From the NCBI RefSeq assembly GCF_006345805.1, contig NW_021836996.1, positions 1-22,017 on the forward strand: DNA of 22,017 nt. Reading direction: 5' to 3'. The translations under genes were made by a program, and so were the position numbers. Source of the stretch: Octopus sinensis (taxonomy: Eukaryota). Below, in pieces: positions 20,907-22,017 of the stretch; within the stretch, counting starts at the first letter, position 1, and every line of letters starts with the position of its first letter. The notes beneath the pieces were generated by a model. It was not told where the DNA came from. It made no database searches and worked only from the letters and a program-made list of their open reading frames with translations.

Positions 20907-21836
20907 AATTTACTTGTTCTGTACTTTACCAAATGTAATGAGTTGTCCTGTAATAACTTGCCCTGTCATTTTCCAGGTTTATAATCTTAAGGATATTATT
21001 TCTCTTGCTCGTATTTTTCCGTGTAATCCATGTTTTTTCCAGGCTATACTATTATGCTAATTAATTATGTGTCAAATGTGTCAATTAGCAGTGTCGTTGA
21101 TAATTTTTCCTTACCTCAATGACGCCGGTGTCACATATTAAAAGTCCCCTAATAGAACTATATTCATAAAAAAAGTTTAGAACTATAATATCACTCTCAA
21201 ATTTGAGACAAAAACTCTACTTTTTTTCTTTTAAAACTTCATTGCATGAGATTGATACCATGAAATTCCTCGAATTGAGATCTATCGTTTAAGCTCAATT
21301 AAGATATAGTTTGTTTTTAAAATAAAAAACTTAATTATACGTATATCCAAATTTTTTGCCCGACTTGTAGTTTTTTCGTGATATTTTACATCACAAGATT
21401 TTTTATACAAATTTTTATTGCATGGGACCAAAACTATAAAATTGTTCATGCTTTTTTCTACCATTGTAGCTAAGATAAATATATTTTGCTTTTTTTTTAA
21501 AAAAAAGTTATTTAGATCTAAACTTGATTGATGGCGTTGCTTACTCTCCTATAAAGTTGCTACAAATTTTAATGTAAACGTTTTTTTACTGGATCAAATC
21601 TCAATTTTTTTATGCCAAAATGTAGCTCAGGGACCAGCCTTCTGCAAAAATGTTAAAAGTTTTCAATTTGGTCAAGAACTGAATTAGTGACAAGCTCTGA
21701 AAGAGGCTGCGTGTGAGTAAATTGCGACCTTAAGAATATTATTCAACTACTACCGTAGTTGAATGATACACACATATATATATATATGTATATAAGTGTG
21801 TGTAAGTATATATATATATATATGTTTGCATATATA

Positions 21837-22017
21837 TAAAATCCTTAAATCCTTAAAATGTTTTAGCCCGAAGGCCGCGGCCATGCTGGGGCACCACCGC
21901 TGAATGAGCCACATAGTTTGATCCACCTCTGATACGTGGCACTTGATCAACAAGGGAGTTCGATGCGCTGCCCGCATCCGCCTCCTGTCGATGAGGTAGG
22001 TTCATCTGGGACTTCAA
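21837..22017 (-). mobile_element. CR1/L2-group LINE 3' end (frameshifted ORF2 C-terminus, 3' stem-loop, (TTTAAGGA)n tail); continues beyond the window
   Basis: Minus strand encodes VPDEPTS / MRAA / SNSLVDQ in shifted frames, homologous to IPDKP...NNSL of 99-308. 3' end GGTGGTGCCCCAGCATGGCCGCGGCCTTCGGGCTAAAAC. Confidence 0.78.

Overview
Repeat-dense, AT-rich eukaryotic DNA. The microsatellite load and tRNA-derived SINE families look like octopus/coleoid cephalopod, but that is inference. Nearly all ORFs in the supplied track are microsatellite or repeat artefacts. One host coding exon is supported (minus strand, 4134-4453, canonical splice signals). It encodes a Pro-rich segment followed by FTFTLEEVDMVLYG...HALSGL, which resembles the PRDM14 pre-SET (CBFA2T/MTG-binding) motif. 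The rest is a mosaic of mobile elements: several tRNA-SINE families, two CR1/L2-type LINE 3' ends, a Dong/R4 fragment in a (TAA)n tract, two non-autonomous Helitrons, two Helentron/DINE-like elements and several MITE/foldback palindromes. The best hidden signals are an intact type I hammerhead ribozyme of Penelope-like-element type (15823-15909), a second degenerate hammerhead (17844-17885), a LINE/SINE partner pair with a shared 3' stem-loop and 8-nt tail repeats, a Helitron nested in a foldback element, and a near-perfect 257-bp intronic hairpin.
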